Part shown: piece by piece, positions 1 through 12,556 of the stretch | Numbering within the stretch: the stretch's first letter is position 1 | Layout of the letters: the number at the start of each line of letters is the position of its first letter | Source: Octopus bimaculoides | Taxonomy: Eukaryota | Direction: 5' to 3' | DNA: 64,000 nt | NCBI RefSeq assembly: GCF_001194135.2 | Contig: NC_068981.1 | Location: forward strand, 51,418,096 to 51,482,095 | Position numbers and translations under genes: made by a program | Notes under the pieces: model-generated | The model's input: the letters and a program-made list of their open reading frames with translations, nothing else | Databases searched by the model: none | Told to the model about the DNA's origin: nothing

Positions 1-1905
1 TAAATGGCATAACACCTTCTCGTAACAAATGAAAACTCAGACTGAAGACACGGCACATTTGAGGTGGAGAGAGAAATATTATTAGTGAGGGAAGGGTTAT
101 ATAGCTGGGAATATTGCGTGAATGATTTATATATTATAGTGTCTTGTATAATTTATGAGAATTACAACAGATTTAATCTACAGGGTCTGTTTAATTGTCT
201 TGAATTTGCCATAAGGCATGTGATGGAATTAAAATTCACATTTCAAATGTGCAAAAGCTGTAGGGATTCGGCTACATTAAATGACGACTATGTAAAAGAC
301 GGGCATTGGAATTCAGAATCAGAACAATTAGTAAATAGGATTATATTCTCACTCTAAAGAACGGAAAGGAAAATCTACGCGCGAAGTAAAATATCGAAAT
401 GTTATCTAATAAGCATGTAAAGTGAAATATTGTATTGTTGCCAAATTGGAATAATTCAGAGGAAAGATATTACATTAGTAGCATATTAATCAAAACATTA
501 ATAACACATTGGATTTGAAAATAAATTGTATTAAATTATATCTACACTTAATTTCTATATTTATTGCTTGCAATCTACTTTTAGCAATGAAATCATTATT
601 ATTAATTATTCGAATTACAAATGTTTAAGAAATCAATATTTTTCCTTTAATTCTATGTTAGGCTTTTTATACTCTGTAAATTTATATTTTTTCCATTATT
701 TCTTTCGCTTTATTTATTTTTTTTTTGTTATTGCTTTCTCAACATATATGAAAATATACGAATCAAGAAACATTATTAGTAAAAAAGTTAACTATAAATA
801 CATAATTGCATAAATAAATAAGTTCATAAAATTAGGAAAATATCTCCGTTTACAAATTGAGAACAAATTTCAGAAATCCGTCGACGCAAATGTGTTTGCT
901 AATATTTGCGTTTATTGAACGAGAGATTCGGTAAATTTCTGGAGAGAATTGAAAACATATGATTGTCAATCAAGCTTATATTTATTAAACTGATTTTTAA
1001 AAAAACTTTATTGCATTTTTATCATCGAGAAATTATGAATTGATAAAGGAAATTCAACAGAACAGTTATAGAAATGTTTTAGATACGCACATTTTGAAGA
1101 GCAATAGAAAACGAAGTTTTTCTTTTGGACTGATTTCATTAACGTTGTTAAATTACAATTTGAAATTCCGTAGGATGATTTCTGGGTAGTACGTATTAAA
1201 AAAGTGAATTTGGTAGGTGAAATAAAATACAAGTTGTTAGAAGGGGACAGATTGATTTATCAAGTAGAGTTTGTATGCGTGGGGCACAGCTCGATAAAGT
1301 AACAGACCATTTTATAATTAATAGAGACAAAAGATCTGAAACAGTATATCCATAATCTTTAGAGTCGTAGCATTTACTGTCAGCGAAAAGGCTTTTTTTA
1401 GAAGTGGTCCATATGTTTTCATCAATGATGATTACTATAAGTGAACCGTATTTAACCGAATATCCAATCAACAAAAACTGAACACAAGAAAAAATACCCT
1501 GTTAAGTTGCAGCTGTACATATTTGTGGACGAATTGAACGATTAACTTGTGCAACGAAGCCATTTGCAAAGAACTTTTGGTGATTTGGTAATGTGCCGTT
1601 TATATGCAGCAGATCCTGCTCTGTTCACATAGCGCATCGTGTTCAAGTGGAAAGCACCCACAAACCAACTATTAAAATTGCGATTATCCTAGCAATGTGC
1701 GTAAATATTTATCAGGGAGAGCATAAGAATCTATGCATAATATTTATTCCAGTGCTATGCACCAATCTTCTGCAGAAGAAGGCTACTTGTATTCCATTTG
1801 CAAGATTTATCACGCTTCCTCTTAATACTAGGCTTGAATATCATACTCATAATTCAGGTTTCTTTCTCTTAACATTTAAGTTATCATGGTAATATGTGTG
1901 TGTCT

Positions 1906-1979
1906 GTGCGCATGTGGGTGTGTATGTCTGCGCGCGCGTGGGTGTATGTATGTGTGTGTGCGTTTGTGTGTCTGAGTGA

Positions 1980-2014
<35 letters not shown>

Positions 2015-2099
2015 TCCGCGACGTGTGTATGTATGTGGGCGCGCTTGTGTGTATACATTGATATATATATATTTATATATATATATATATATATATACA
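1906..2099. repeat. Compound (GT)n/(TA)n microsatellite
   Basis: GT/GTAT runs followed by two (TA)n runs, read directly. Confidence 0.9.
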
Positions 2100-2289
2100 G
2101 AGATACGGTATACCTACAATGAATGTAGTTGACTTCAAGCTTATGCCGTAAACATCTCCATCTGTCAATGACTCAACTACTTATAGCCTCCAAATAAAAG
2201 CAGGTAGCTTGTTTGCAAGAATCATGGACCTAGAAGCATTACAATCGAGCGTTTCATATTTTATATATATATTCTTCTAATTTTTTAAT

Positions 2290-2485
2290 GTTTTAATTCA
2301 TTTGATTGCATCCATGCTGGAGCATCGCTTTTCGTCAAGCAAATCGCCCGCAGGACTTATTCTTTGTTAGCCTGGTAGATATTCTATCGAGCGCTTTTGC
2401 CGAACCGCTATGTTACAGGGACGTAAACACACCAACATCGGTTGTCAAGTGATTGTGGCGGGACAAACACAGACACACACAAATA
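2290..2485 (-). mobile_element. SINE family A, 3' part only
   Basis: Matches 2640-2840 (ttttgccgaaccgct...cggttgtcaag...gacaaacacagacacac). The head is absent and microsatellites lie where it would be. Confidence 0.8.
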
Positions 2486-2487
2486 CA

Positions 2488-2525
<38 letters not shown>

Positions 2526-2639
2526 GAGAGACAGAGACAGAGACAGAGAGACAGGGAGAAAGACAGACAGACAGACAGGCAGACAGAGAAGAGAAAAGGG
2601 AGAAATTCTGACGAACAACAATTGACTTTCATGAATTGT

Positions 2640-2844
2640 TATTCTCTTTTACTCTCTTTTACTTGTTTGAGTCATTTGACTGAGGTCATGCCTGAGCACC
2701 GCCTTTTGTCGAACTTATTCTTTGGAAGCCTAGTACTTATTCTATCGGTCTCTTTTGCCGAACCGCTGAGTTACGGGGACCTAAACACACAAGCATCGGT
2801 TGTCAAGCAATGTTGGGGGGACAAACACAGACACACAAACATAT

Positions 2845-2875
<31 letters not shown>

Positions 2876-3045
2876 CATATATACGACGGGCTTCTTTCAG
2901 TTTCCGTCTACCAAATCCACTCACAAGGCTGTAGTCGGCCCGAGGCTATAGTAGAAGACACTTGCCCAAGGTGCCACGCAGTGGGACTGAACCCGGAACC
3001 GTGTGGTTCGTAACAAGCTACTTACGACACAGCCACTCATACGCC
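2640..3045 (-). mobile_element. SINE family A, near full length (tRNA-like head, internal microsatellite, 3' body)
   Basis: Minus-strand head GGCGTATGAGTGGCTGTGTCG...GGTTCAGTCCC carries pol III A/B-box-like motifs, and the tail is (AAAAGAGT)-like. Other copies lie at 2290, 45914 and 50820. It resembles the tRNA-derived SINEs known from octopus; the exact family was not verified. Confidence 0.85.
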
Positions 3046-3164
3046 TACGTTATCCTTATGTTTACTTTCTATTTACCTATAAAATTTACGAGCATAATAT
3101 GCTTGCATATGTATGCACATGGCTAAACATAGCACAGTTATTTTAACCTCTAACTCAACTAACC

Positions 3165-3202
<38 letters not shown>

Positions 3203-3546
3203 NNNNNNNNNNNNNNNNNNNNNNNNNNNNNNNNNNNNNNNNNNNNNNNNNNNNNNNNNNNNNNNNNNNNNNNNNNNNNNNNNNNNNNNNNNNNNNNNNN
3301 NNNNNNNNNNNNNNNNNNNNNNNNNNNNNNNNNNNNNNNNNNNNNNNNNNNNNNNNNNNNNNNNNNNNNNNNNNNNNNNNNNNNNNNNNNNNNNNNNNNN
3401 NNNNNNNNNNNNNNNNNNNNNNNNNNNNNNNNNNNNNNNNNNNNNNNNNNNNNNNNNNNNNNNNNNNNNNNNNNNNNNNNNNNNNNNNNNNNNNNNNNNN
3501 NNNNNNNNNNNNNNNNNNNNNNNNNNNNNNNNNNNNNNNNNNNNNN
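3203..3546. other. Assembly gap (others: 7968-8150, 11986-12002, 13269-13882, 28238-28247, 32625-32728, 33228-33978, 39185-39322, 53412-53874, 59323-59615)
   Basis: Runs of N. Confidence 0.99.
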
Positions 3547-3848
3547 TCAATTAAATTCAGTTTATCAAAAATTAAAATTAAATTAAGTTTTACAGTATAT
3601 AATATATAAATATATAATTTAGAGAAAAGAACCAATGTTCATGAACTCATGTATATATGAGTTCATGAACATATATATGTTCATAAATACATACATGCAG
3701 ACATACATATATACATAGGTGCATACATACCTAGAAATAAAAATATCCTGTTGTTGATGTTGAAATTCCAATGAAGAAGCCTTGGATCTAGTTTAGAAAC
3801 CGGTTCTTTCTCTATTGGCAAGAAATTTTTAATTAAACTGAATAATGA

Positions 3849-3866
3849 CATACATACATACATACA

Positions 3867-3900
<34 letters not shown>
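3849..3900. repeat. (ACAT)n tetranucleotide microsatellite
   Basis: Read directly. Confidence 0.9.
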
Positions 3901-6269
3901 GATCTTTAGCAACAATCACTCTTCAGAAATCAAAATGATTTATAATCATATTAATTGTATGAGTAATTGATACGAAACTGATTCAAAGCATGGACCGATC
4001 GTGTGTAAAGCCTGTAGTGAGGACACATTTGATACTTGAGCTAATGAGTGGATATTTACATAAGGTCTCTCCCTGACAAAATATGGCAACCAAACATCCG
4101 TGAATTCACATCTTGATATTTGGAGAAAGAAAAGAATACTTTGGATAATGGAGTTGTAGAATACTTTAAAAAAGTCAAGATCGCCGTAGTGAGAATGAAG
4201 TATATCTACTTGATTAGGACCGCTCTGGATTTAAACTGTAAAGATTACAACGACTACTACTACTGGTAGAAAGTATATTTCATAAAACTATTTCATTTTC
4301 ATCACTGCTTCAGAATAGTTTTAAGTGAGGTTAACCAGCAGTTCTAAGAAAACAGCAAAATGTCAAAATCATAGGATTTGTTGGATTCATAGTGACATAT
4401 AAAAACATCGAAATATATTAAAGGACGCATAGTAGCGTCACATCCCATAATCATTTGTCCTCTGGAATCCTACAACTTCTCGCTCTTGTAAAAAAATATA
4501 TATAAAACGGAGAATATATTCGCTAGCACGACAAAGCTACATTTTGGACCGACTTGCGTGTTTTAGTATCGCAGAGATAATTTGTCTTACTGGTGAGTTT
4601 AAAATGGATTTCATACTCATTCCCCTTTCTCATAAATCTTTCGCGTGATAAAAACCATTTTACTCTCTAATGCCATCTTTCAACCAATGATGTTCCTCTG
4701 CAAGTAGTATACGGTCATTAAAAGTGAAAATGTTTTGTGACCCCCGTGATCCGTTGAAATTACTATTTGCTTGAACTCTGCACTTAGAAATAAGTTATTA
4801 GACGCAACAACAAACTAAGTTCTTGAGCACAAATCTAATCAAATATGATACACTACGTCCGTAATTATGCAAAGCCCAGGTAGGCAAGAAACTAACAAGA
4901 GCTCATAATACCTTAAAAGCAGCCTAAAAATGTTTATATTTCATATAATCAATATCAGTTTTAATATTATGGTCAGTATTGCTATGAAAGACAGTAAGTG
5001 CGCGAATATTAATGTTGGGAGTCACGATATTTCTGTATTATCTCCCAGTACTAAACATTTTCTCAAATTGCATTCTTTAAGCATTGCTGTTGCTATGGCA
5101 AACGATTTCTGTCACTTCTATATTGCACATATTTATTTACGTGCACAGTTAAGTACACACGCGTATACACAAAAACAAATATGCGTGAACACGTATGAGT
5201 GTTTGCCAGTATGTATATGTATATACATAATGCTTTCTGGCATATGTGGGTGAGGTGCGTCTACATATGTTTATGTGTGTGCGCATGCATATGAATGTAT
5301 ATGTCCGTATATGTATAAGAGGCATTTAGAGAGATTTATTGATGTATAAACCCCATATACGTACATAGGAAGATATCCCAGTAGATACAATATATTAGAA
5401 AAATCTTATGTTTTAGCCAACCAGAGACTCAGGAAACTTAGCAGAATTATTTTGCCTGTAATGTTTATCTTTCACACGAGGCCTTTATTAGCTACAGCCA
5501 GCTTTTCTTCAGCACGATGATGGGATAAAAATACTTTTCTCAAATCTCAATTCTCATTTCTCAATCATTTTTCATCTTCTGTCTCACTTTTTCACTCCCC
5601 AGGCTCCCACGTATACATATTATAAATTACATGCCAACATACCTACACGAAAACTCACACACATATATATTCATGTGCGTTCGTGTACGTGTGTGCGTGT
5701 GTGCGTGCGGTATTCCAAGTGTGGAAAGCGTTTTTAATAAATTTCCATCACCATTTTTTCTACCTTGCGGATTTTTACCTCCATTAATATATTATTACTT
5801 CATGTATTATTTCACATATATTAACTATTATTTTATATGCAATGCATTATTGAACTATACAAATACCATCCAATAATATGGCAACGTTTTCTGTGTGAAG
5901 TATTTATTTTCAAGGTTTGGGTTTCGTAACTTCTACATCACTAGTGTTTAATGAAGTGAATTCCTACCTCAGGTACTTGAATGTTTTGTATGGTATTTTT
6001 CTTTTCGTTTTAATACAATATGCCTCAATGAAGATCTACTTTCTATACACGCACACACATGTACACACACACAATATAGACAAAATACAAACGCATACAT
6101 ATATGCATACACGTACACACACAGGCATATATTTTGAGAGCGCTACATATGACAAAGAGGCAATGTAGACAGAGAGAACAAGCACAGAAGCAATACAGAG
6201 TGCACAGAAACTGAAAAGATATAAAAGATAACAGAGTGGGAGAAAAGAGCATGGGTGGGAAGTGTAACA

Positions 6270-6288
6270 GGAGAGATAGAGATAGATA

Positions 6289-6330
<42 letters not shown>

Positions 6331-6343
6331 GAGAGAGAGAGAG
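6270..6343. repeat. (GATA)/(GA)n microsatellite
   Basis: Read directly. Confidence 0.9.
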
Positions 6344-7619
6344 ACGAAGTGATATAGACCGAAGTGCAAGCAGTAGATTGAGGATCAAATGTGAAAAGCT
6401 GTTCGTTTAAACAATGATTGGTATTAGAACGTGCAATAAATACACCGTAACGCAGTTAAAACAAATATGACGGTTTAAGATTAACAGAAAAAAGCGTCAG
6501 TACTGACAGAAGTAGAGATAATATTTCAATATTTTTTTCATAAAGAGTACTTTACTTTCAATTAATTTTCGCCTTCTTAAAAGCCATTATCTCCCCGAGC
6601 ATCATTGCAATTTCTTCTTAAATACGATGATAATTAAAGGCGTAAAGAGTGAGTTGGTAGAACGTATATTTCATAAGACTAGTGAACATAGAGTATGGAT
6701 GGTTATATGAAAGACAAAGCTTTTCCACATAAATAAATGTGAAAATTGGGTATTTACCATGACAAGACGGAAAAAAAAGAAGTTGCCAGCAGACGGCTAC
6801 ATAAATCGACCCCGTACCCCTCAGGTGCCAAGTGAGAGCTCTATTATTAAGATAAACAGGCCCCTGTCCAGAGTAACCGTCAATTTTAAAGCTAAAGAAT
6901 TGTGCTTTCGAATGCGAGAACATTTTATAAACAAACTTTGGAAGAGTCGAATGTGTTTCGTATTTTATAGACAACAAAGTAAATTTTGAAGGCAATAAAG
7001 CTATGAAAACAGCAGAAAGATTGAGTATTTACCCTTATAAGATGTCTGCCTACGCATCTCCTTCTCTCTTTGTTTCTCTATATATATATATATAGTTCAA
7101 TCCAATTTACAGAAAACAAGAGACGAAGATAGATAAAGAAACAACAAACAGGTGTATTAGTTTGACGTTCGAGAAGATATGTGTTTGTGTGTGTGTGGAG
7201 AGAGAGACAGAGTGAGGGAGATGTCAAGGCATAACAACTGTCAGGTATGCATTTACGTAAATTATGTCTACTCTTGTATGCAATGAGTCATGCTTTTGAG
7301 GTCTTAGTCTCTCTCTCTTCTCTCTCTCTCTCCCTCTGTCTATCTGTATATTTAAATGGAAGCTACCGGAAGAAAAGCTGGCACAGGTGCTGCTGCATCA
7401 TATTTATTTATGTAATCATTTATGTAATAATTTATAAAATACTTTATGAACTGATATGAGATTGAAAACCCAGCAGCTCGCCGCTCTCGCTATTGAAACG
7501 AAGCAACTATTGCAATCTGTAACTAAAGCCTATTTATTCCATGTTCTATAATTTTTTGTTTAGATGTATATCTATAAAACGAGAACAAAAGTGGATTTCA
7601 AACGTTCACAACAGCTGTT

Positions 7620-7895
7620 TCAACTGCATTTTGTTATTGAGGAATAGATCGATTACACCACGAAAACATTCTGATTTGATCAGACTTCTGCGCCATGTGA
7701 ATACATTGCAGCGCATTGAATTTAAGCTGCTCTTCATATTTCTCACTTGCTTGAACTATGGATATCAAAGCGAGTTGCTCGGAATCTTCTCGTCCCTAAG
7801 ATGAAGCTCACCTGATGAAAGCGAATTTTTCCCATATATAATCGATGTAGTTGATTTATTCATCAATAACAGATTTTCTGAAACAGGTGTCGTTA
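7620..7895 (+). mobile_element. Possible Penelope-like 3' end with decayed hammerhead-like motif
   Basis: CTGATGA at ~7811 is followed by GAAACAGGTGTC at ~7881-7892, downstream of a short decayed coding-like stretch. Stem I pairing is weak. Confidence 0.3.
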
Positions 7896-8469
7896 ACATT
7901 TAAAATTCATTTGTGTTCTTATTTTATATATATTGTTCTTATTTTCCCTAGAACCATCCCTATCTTGNNNNNNNNNNNNNNNNNNNNNNNNNNNNNNNNN
8001 NNNNNNNNNNNNNNNNNNNNNNNNNNNNNNNNNNNNNNNNNNNNNNNNNNNNNNNNNNNNNNNNNNNNNNNNNNNNNNNNNNNNNNNNNNNNNNNNNNNN
8101 NNNNNNNNNNNNNNNNNNNNNNNNNNNNNNNNNNNNNNNNNNNNNNNNNNATATATGTATATAGATATATATATATATACAAATGAAACACTGTAAATAA
8201 ATAAACATATACTAAACGAGAGGCAAACAGAACGTCCGTAATTCTTCATCAGTTACCAACCAATTGCTAACATTCAGTTTCGCAGGAATCCTCTGCGTTA
8301 CCGCTAGCTTGGATTACAGTGTTTCACGCTTACGGGAATTGTAATGTATGACCATTAATTCCGGGATACGGTCTGTAATTTCGCTCTTACGGAAACTCGT
8401 ATTGCAAAAGTTTCCAATTGTTAACTATTTAAAACTGCACTTTCTTTATTGCTAAAGGGTGGGCACTTA

Positions 8470-9016
8470 TAGTGGAAGGTCTGCAGGCTGATAATAATCC
8501 TAATCGAGACAGGAACATAAAAATTACCAGAGTAATTTACAATGATCCCAATTCTTATACTGGGCTGTACAAATATATGACCTCGTCATAAGCAACAAAG
8601 AACTTTGAACAGGATTTTCAACCCTCAAGCTGGTGTTGCTGATAAGGAGTTACAAGATAGTAATTACTGTGCTTCAACCTACTAGTAACACTCCTTCCGT
8701 CAATACCATCAACACCCCTCACATAGTAGTCAACAGTCAACATATTTTTGTGGTAATAACATACTCTTACGATATCACGATTCTTATTAATCCCCTAATA
8801 CATACATACATATATATATTGGAATGTATGTTTTTATGCATCTATATTGCACCGTGTATGGTTAGAATTTTTTTGTCGTTGTGAAAATGTCCATAGAACC
8901 ACAATCTCACTTGGTAATATGAAAAGTAGTAGGAAAGTTTATTTCGCGTTACAGAATTTCACGTTACGGCCAGATTTTCAAGAACATATTACTTCCATAA
9001 ACCGAGGATCCGCCTG
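8470..9016 (+). mobile_element. Tigger/pogo-like DNA transposon remnant (3' end)
   Basis: Translation ADNNPNRDRNIKITRVIYND..YTGLY resembles the Tigger C-terminal DPNxERSxxVxR motif. The end ...ccataaaccgaggatccgcctg is a Tigger-type TIR, and a second TIR-like piece, cagtaaaccctcg, starts at 9079. Confidence 0.5.
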
Positions 9017-9279
9017 TGTGTGTGTATTAAGATATGTTTGTGTATGTGTGTATGTGTGTACACATACACACATATGTGCAGTAAACCCTCGTTAATCCAT
9101 GATAATACGGAGGGAGGCTAATTGATTCAGACAATGACGTAAGTTAACCGGTGACAGTAGTTAATTTGTATGTGTAGGACATTCGAAATACATACAATGT
9201 ATAATGACTATGATAACCTTTAACGGTATTTCAGAAAATGTTGTATTGATGATGTAGCAATACAAAACATAAATATATG

Positions 9280-10133
9280 CGTGGTTTGGTCAATAACTAC
9301 CTGGTCTGTTACCATAGTAACGAAGCTCAAGCACGCAGAGTGACCTTCAGCTCTGCTATGCATGCACACTAAGTTATAACGTTTTATCTCACGCTGTTTA
9401 CAGCAGTGCTTGGAAGGAAGCTGTGTAACGTGTGATAGTCGCATTGAACATGACAGAAATTTGAGCGGATAATCTGCATCAAGTTTTGTCAAAAGGTTGG
9501 CGATACCTGCTCAGAGGACTAGGCACAGTTTTTAAAAGGCTTTCTTAGTTCTCACCACAATCAAGATCATGTGCAACTGAAAACCGAGTGGATTTTGGTC
9601 AGCTGAAAGGGGCTTTCACAGACACGCATCTTGTACCCAAATCCTCAGTTATAAAGGACTTAACTGAACCGTAACTAATGTGCACATCTTCTGATAACTC
9701 ACTGATGGTAATTCGACAATTTTCCCTCACAGCTGCACGCACATTTGTGATGTTTTTCTCAGTTCTGCTGGTTTCGGGTCTACCAGAACGTTCGTCGATA
9801 TCAACATTTCGTCGGCCATCTTCTAAACGTTTGAACCCCTTCTACACTTGTGTGCGGTTCATACACTCCTTTCCATATATTTTCTGCAAGTTTGCGTAGG
9901 GCTCTGAGGAGATATCACCATGACAACTTTCTCTGTCAAGGTCAATGCGACAATCATACGCTACAAACCTTCCTTCAATGCACTGCTGTAAACGATCGGT
10001 GAGAGCTAGAACGCTTTAACTTTGTGTGCATGCACAACAGCGTTCAAGATCAATCTTTGCAAAGCAGCCTCACTTTGCGTGCTTTAGCTTCATTACAAGG
10101 GCAACAGGCCGGATACTTATTGATCAGACCTCG
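9280..10133 (-). mobile_element. Non-autonomous mariner with two 5' ends (fold-back)
   Basis: TIR ...ccggatacttattgatcagacctcg followed by TA at 10134, and a degenerate TIR cgtggtttggtcaataactac at 9280. Minus-strand HTH region reads KIYGKECMNRTQV..FKRLEDGRRNVDIDERSGRP. The plus arm also starts the transposase (ICIKFCQKVGDT). Confidence 0.85.
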
Positions 10134-10439
10134 TATCTTATAAAATGGCTTAACAGTGAAATATGTAAAGGTATAAAAATTAATACCATAAATTGATACC
10201 TGTAATAGGTGGCAGCTGAGATTAATGCGATGAAGATGAAAGTAGACGAAGATGGCTTCCTTTGTTATGAGGTGGCAGAGTTATTGCATTCCACTGTTGT
10301 TAAGGTCTTACTCTTAGAAATATCAAATAAGTAAGGAAGCACTGACCCAACATCAGACAACTGCAGCAGACTTGCAAAGAATACACCTGAAGAATGAGTC
10401 GAACTTCAGTTATTTAGTCGTTAATGCTAATTCTAGAAA

Positions 10440-10700
10440 ATGAATTCCCCTGAAGCTCTAAGATATTGACGACATCTTTTTCTAGTGACACGTTATCGCA
10501 TGTAATCCTGCTATTAAGCGATTCAAGAACTCCTTCCGCTGTTTCTCCTGCTAAATCTTGATGTCTAGGATTTCCTTCTTTGCATTTCCACCATTAATGA
10601 TGTATACTGTGATATCAGTTTCGGCTCACCTCTGAATTGAAAGACGAAACCACTTCGAATTGATAAAAACCATATTACACAAAAGTGTTTCTCCAAGTAT
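10440..10700 (-). mobile_element. Decayed hAT-like transposase fragment
   Basis: Frameshifted translation LSIQR*AETDITVYII..KEILDI / AGETAEGVLESL resembles hAT FSIQxDExTD...EFL...TxExI. Confidence 0.35.
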
Positions 10701-11018
10701 TGGCTATATTGAAAGTCTTTGGCAATTTTCTGAAATAGGGTTATAGATTTGATGTTACAAAGATTTCTTTGTCTTTTATGGGCTCTTCTATTACTACGAA
10801 CCTTTCATCTAAATATTTTCACATGGTTACACTTATATCTTCATTCATAGACTGAATTGTGGAAGTAATATACGGTAACGAGAATAGGCAACTGATCGAA
10901 CCGTCACTGTTGATGAGTACCTGAGCAATCATGTGCATAGCAAAAGTACTTAATGGCTGGTTCATCTCGTTAGTATAAACTTTGAAGACATATTTCTAAT
11001 ATTTATGTACTACAGTAA

Positions 11019-11242
11019 GGCGGCGAGCTGGCAGAAGAGTTGGCACGCCGGGCGAAATGCTTAGCGGTATTTCGTCTGCCGTTACGATCTGAGTTCAAAT
11101 TCCGCCGACTTTGCCTTTCATCCTTTCGGGGTCGATAAATTAAGTACCAGTTACGCACTGGGATCGATGTAATTGACTTAATCTGTTCGTCTGTTCTTGT
11201 TTGTTCCCTCTATGTCTAGCCCCTTGTCGCAAATAACGAAAT
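11019..11242 (+). mobile_element. SINE family B, full length, tail alpha
   Basis: Head GGCGGCGAGCTGGCAGAA, B-box GAGTTCAAATTCC, core GACTTTGCCTTTCATCCTTTCGGGGTCGATAAATTAAGTACC. About ten related copies occur in the window. Confidence 0.9.
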
Positions 11243-11419
11243 AGGTATTTTGCTATGTTCTGAGTTCAAATTCTGCCGAGGTCGACTTTGCCATTCATCC
11301 TTTCGGGGGCGATTAAATAAGTACCAGTTACGCGTTGCTGTCGATATAATCGACTTAATCCGTTTGTTTGTCATTGTTTGTCCCATCTGTATGTAGCCCC
11401 TTGAGGGGAATAAAGAAAT
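11243..11419 (+). mobile_element. SINE family B, 5'-truncated, tail alpha
   Basis: Same B-box, core and tail as 11019-11242. Confidence 0.85.
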
Positions 11420-11557
11420 AAGAAACGTTAGCACGCCAGGCGAAATGCTTAGCGGTATTTCGTCTGTCTTTACATTCTGAGTTCAAATTCCGCCGAGGTC
11501 GACTTTGCCTTTCATCCTCAAAAATTTCGGGCCTTGTGCCTAGAGTAGAAAAGAATA
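11420..11557 (+). mobile_element. SINE family B, internally deleted, tail beta
   Basis: Head and core break at CCT (11516-11518) and join caaaaatttcgggccttgtgcctagagtagaaaagaat. Confidence 0.85.
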
Positions 11558-12521
11558 TATGTATTGCGGTAATGAAATTCAAGGTAGTGAAATGCATTTA
11601 AGTTATGCAAGTTGAACTACCATTGTTTAGAATTGTAATTATGTATTGGTCGCAGGTGCTGCAAGACACTTCGACATTGGCAGACATGCTGATCTCCAAC
11701 CACTGCATTTGTGTAATTCAAGAGCGAAATAATTCCTTTCCCAGTTATGACAATGAGTGTAGGTTTCTTTCTTGAAGGCTTGGTTACCTCATGCTAATTT
11801 CCAACACTACAATTCGGTTTTATCCCCATCATGACCTTGAGGAATTACGAAACATTTGCACAAACATCAATAGAATCAAAGATTGTCACAAACCATTTAT
11901 ATTCAGACACCGTAACAATAACTTTCTTTTCCAATTTCTGCAGCTTCAAATTTGTTTTCAAAGAGACGTATCACCCCCCCCCCCCNNNNNNNNNNNNNNN
12001 NNGCACACACACACACACACACTCTTGTTCTATATCAACACAGACTTATGTAAGTTGCACATCAATTTTCCTATCCAAACATGTTAAACATCTCAACTCG
12101 AGTTTAACTCTGAGTAGATGCAACATTGATATAATAATATGTGCCTGTGTGCATGTCTGTGTGTTTAGTATGTATATCTATACGTAAAAGTAAACAAAAT
12201 AATCAGCAAAAATGTTAGAGCTAAGTATGTTGGATAGAATGCTTCGGGTATTTGTTTAGAAAGTATGCGATCTGAGTATAGATGCCAACAACATCACCGC
12301 TTTGCAGATTTTATGAGCTGAATAACTTTCCTAGTCTGAGTTCGAACTTCGTCATCCCCTATTTGGGTGGTTATCTTATTCTGCCACTCGGTTTATCAGC
12401 CATAAGCTAACATTTTGGGACATTTAAACGGATCCAACATTGTTGTAAGCATGCGGACCTAGCCTCTGGTTTGAGAGTAATCATTTTCCAGCCAGTCTGG
12501 TTCTGTTTTACCACCTGACTA

Positions 12522-12553
<32 letters not shown>

Positions 12554-12556
<3 letters not shown>

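Noticed and set aside
1008-1474. Possible Penelope RT remnant (FHLPN resembling FYLLPKIH)
   Set aside because: Similarity is too weak to support a call.
8225-8255. Minus-strand CTGATGA-AGAA...TTCT hammerhead-like start
   Set aside because: It is followed by GTTT rather than GAAA, so the core is incomplete.
11019-11100. tRNA gene calls from A/B boxes in SINE heads
   Set aside because: No cloverleaf; the boxes continue into SINE bodies.
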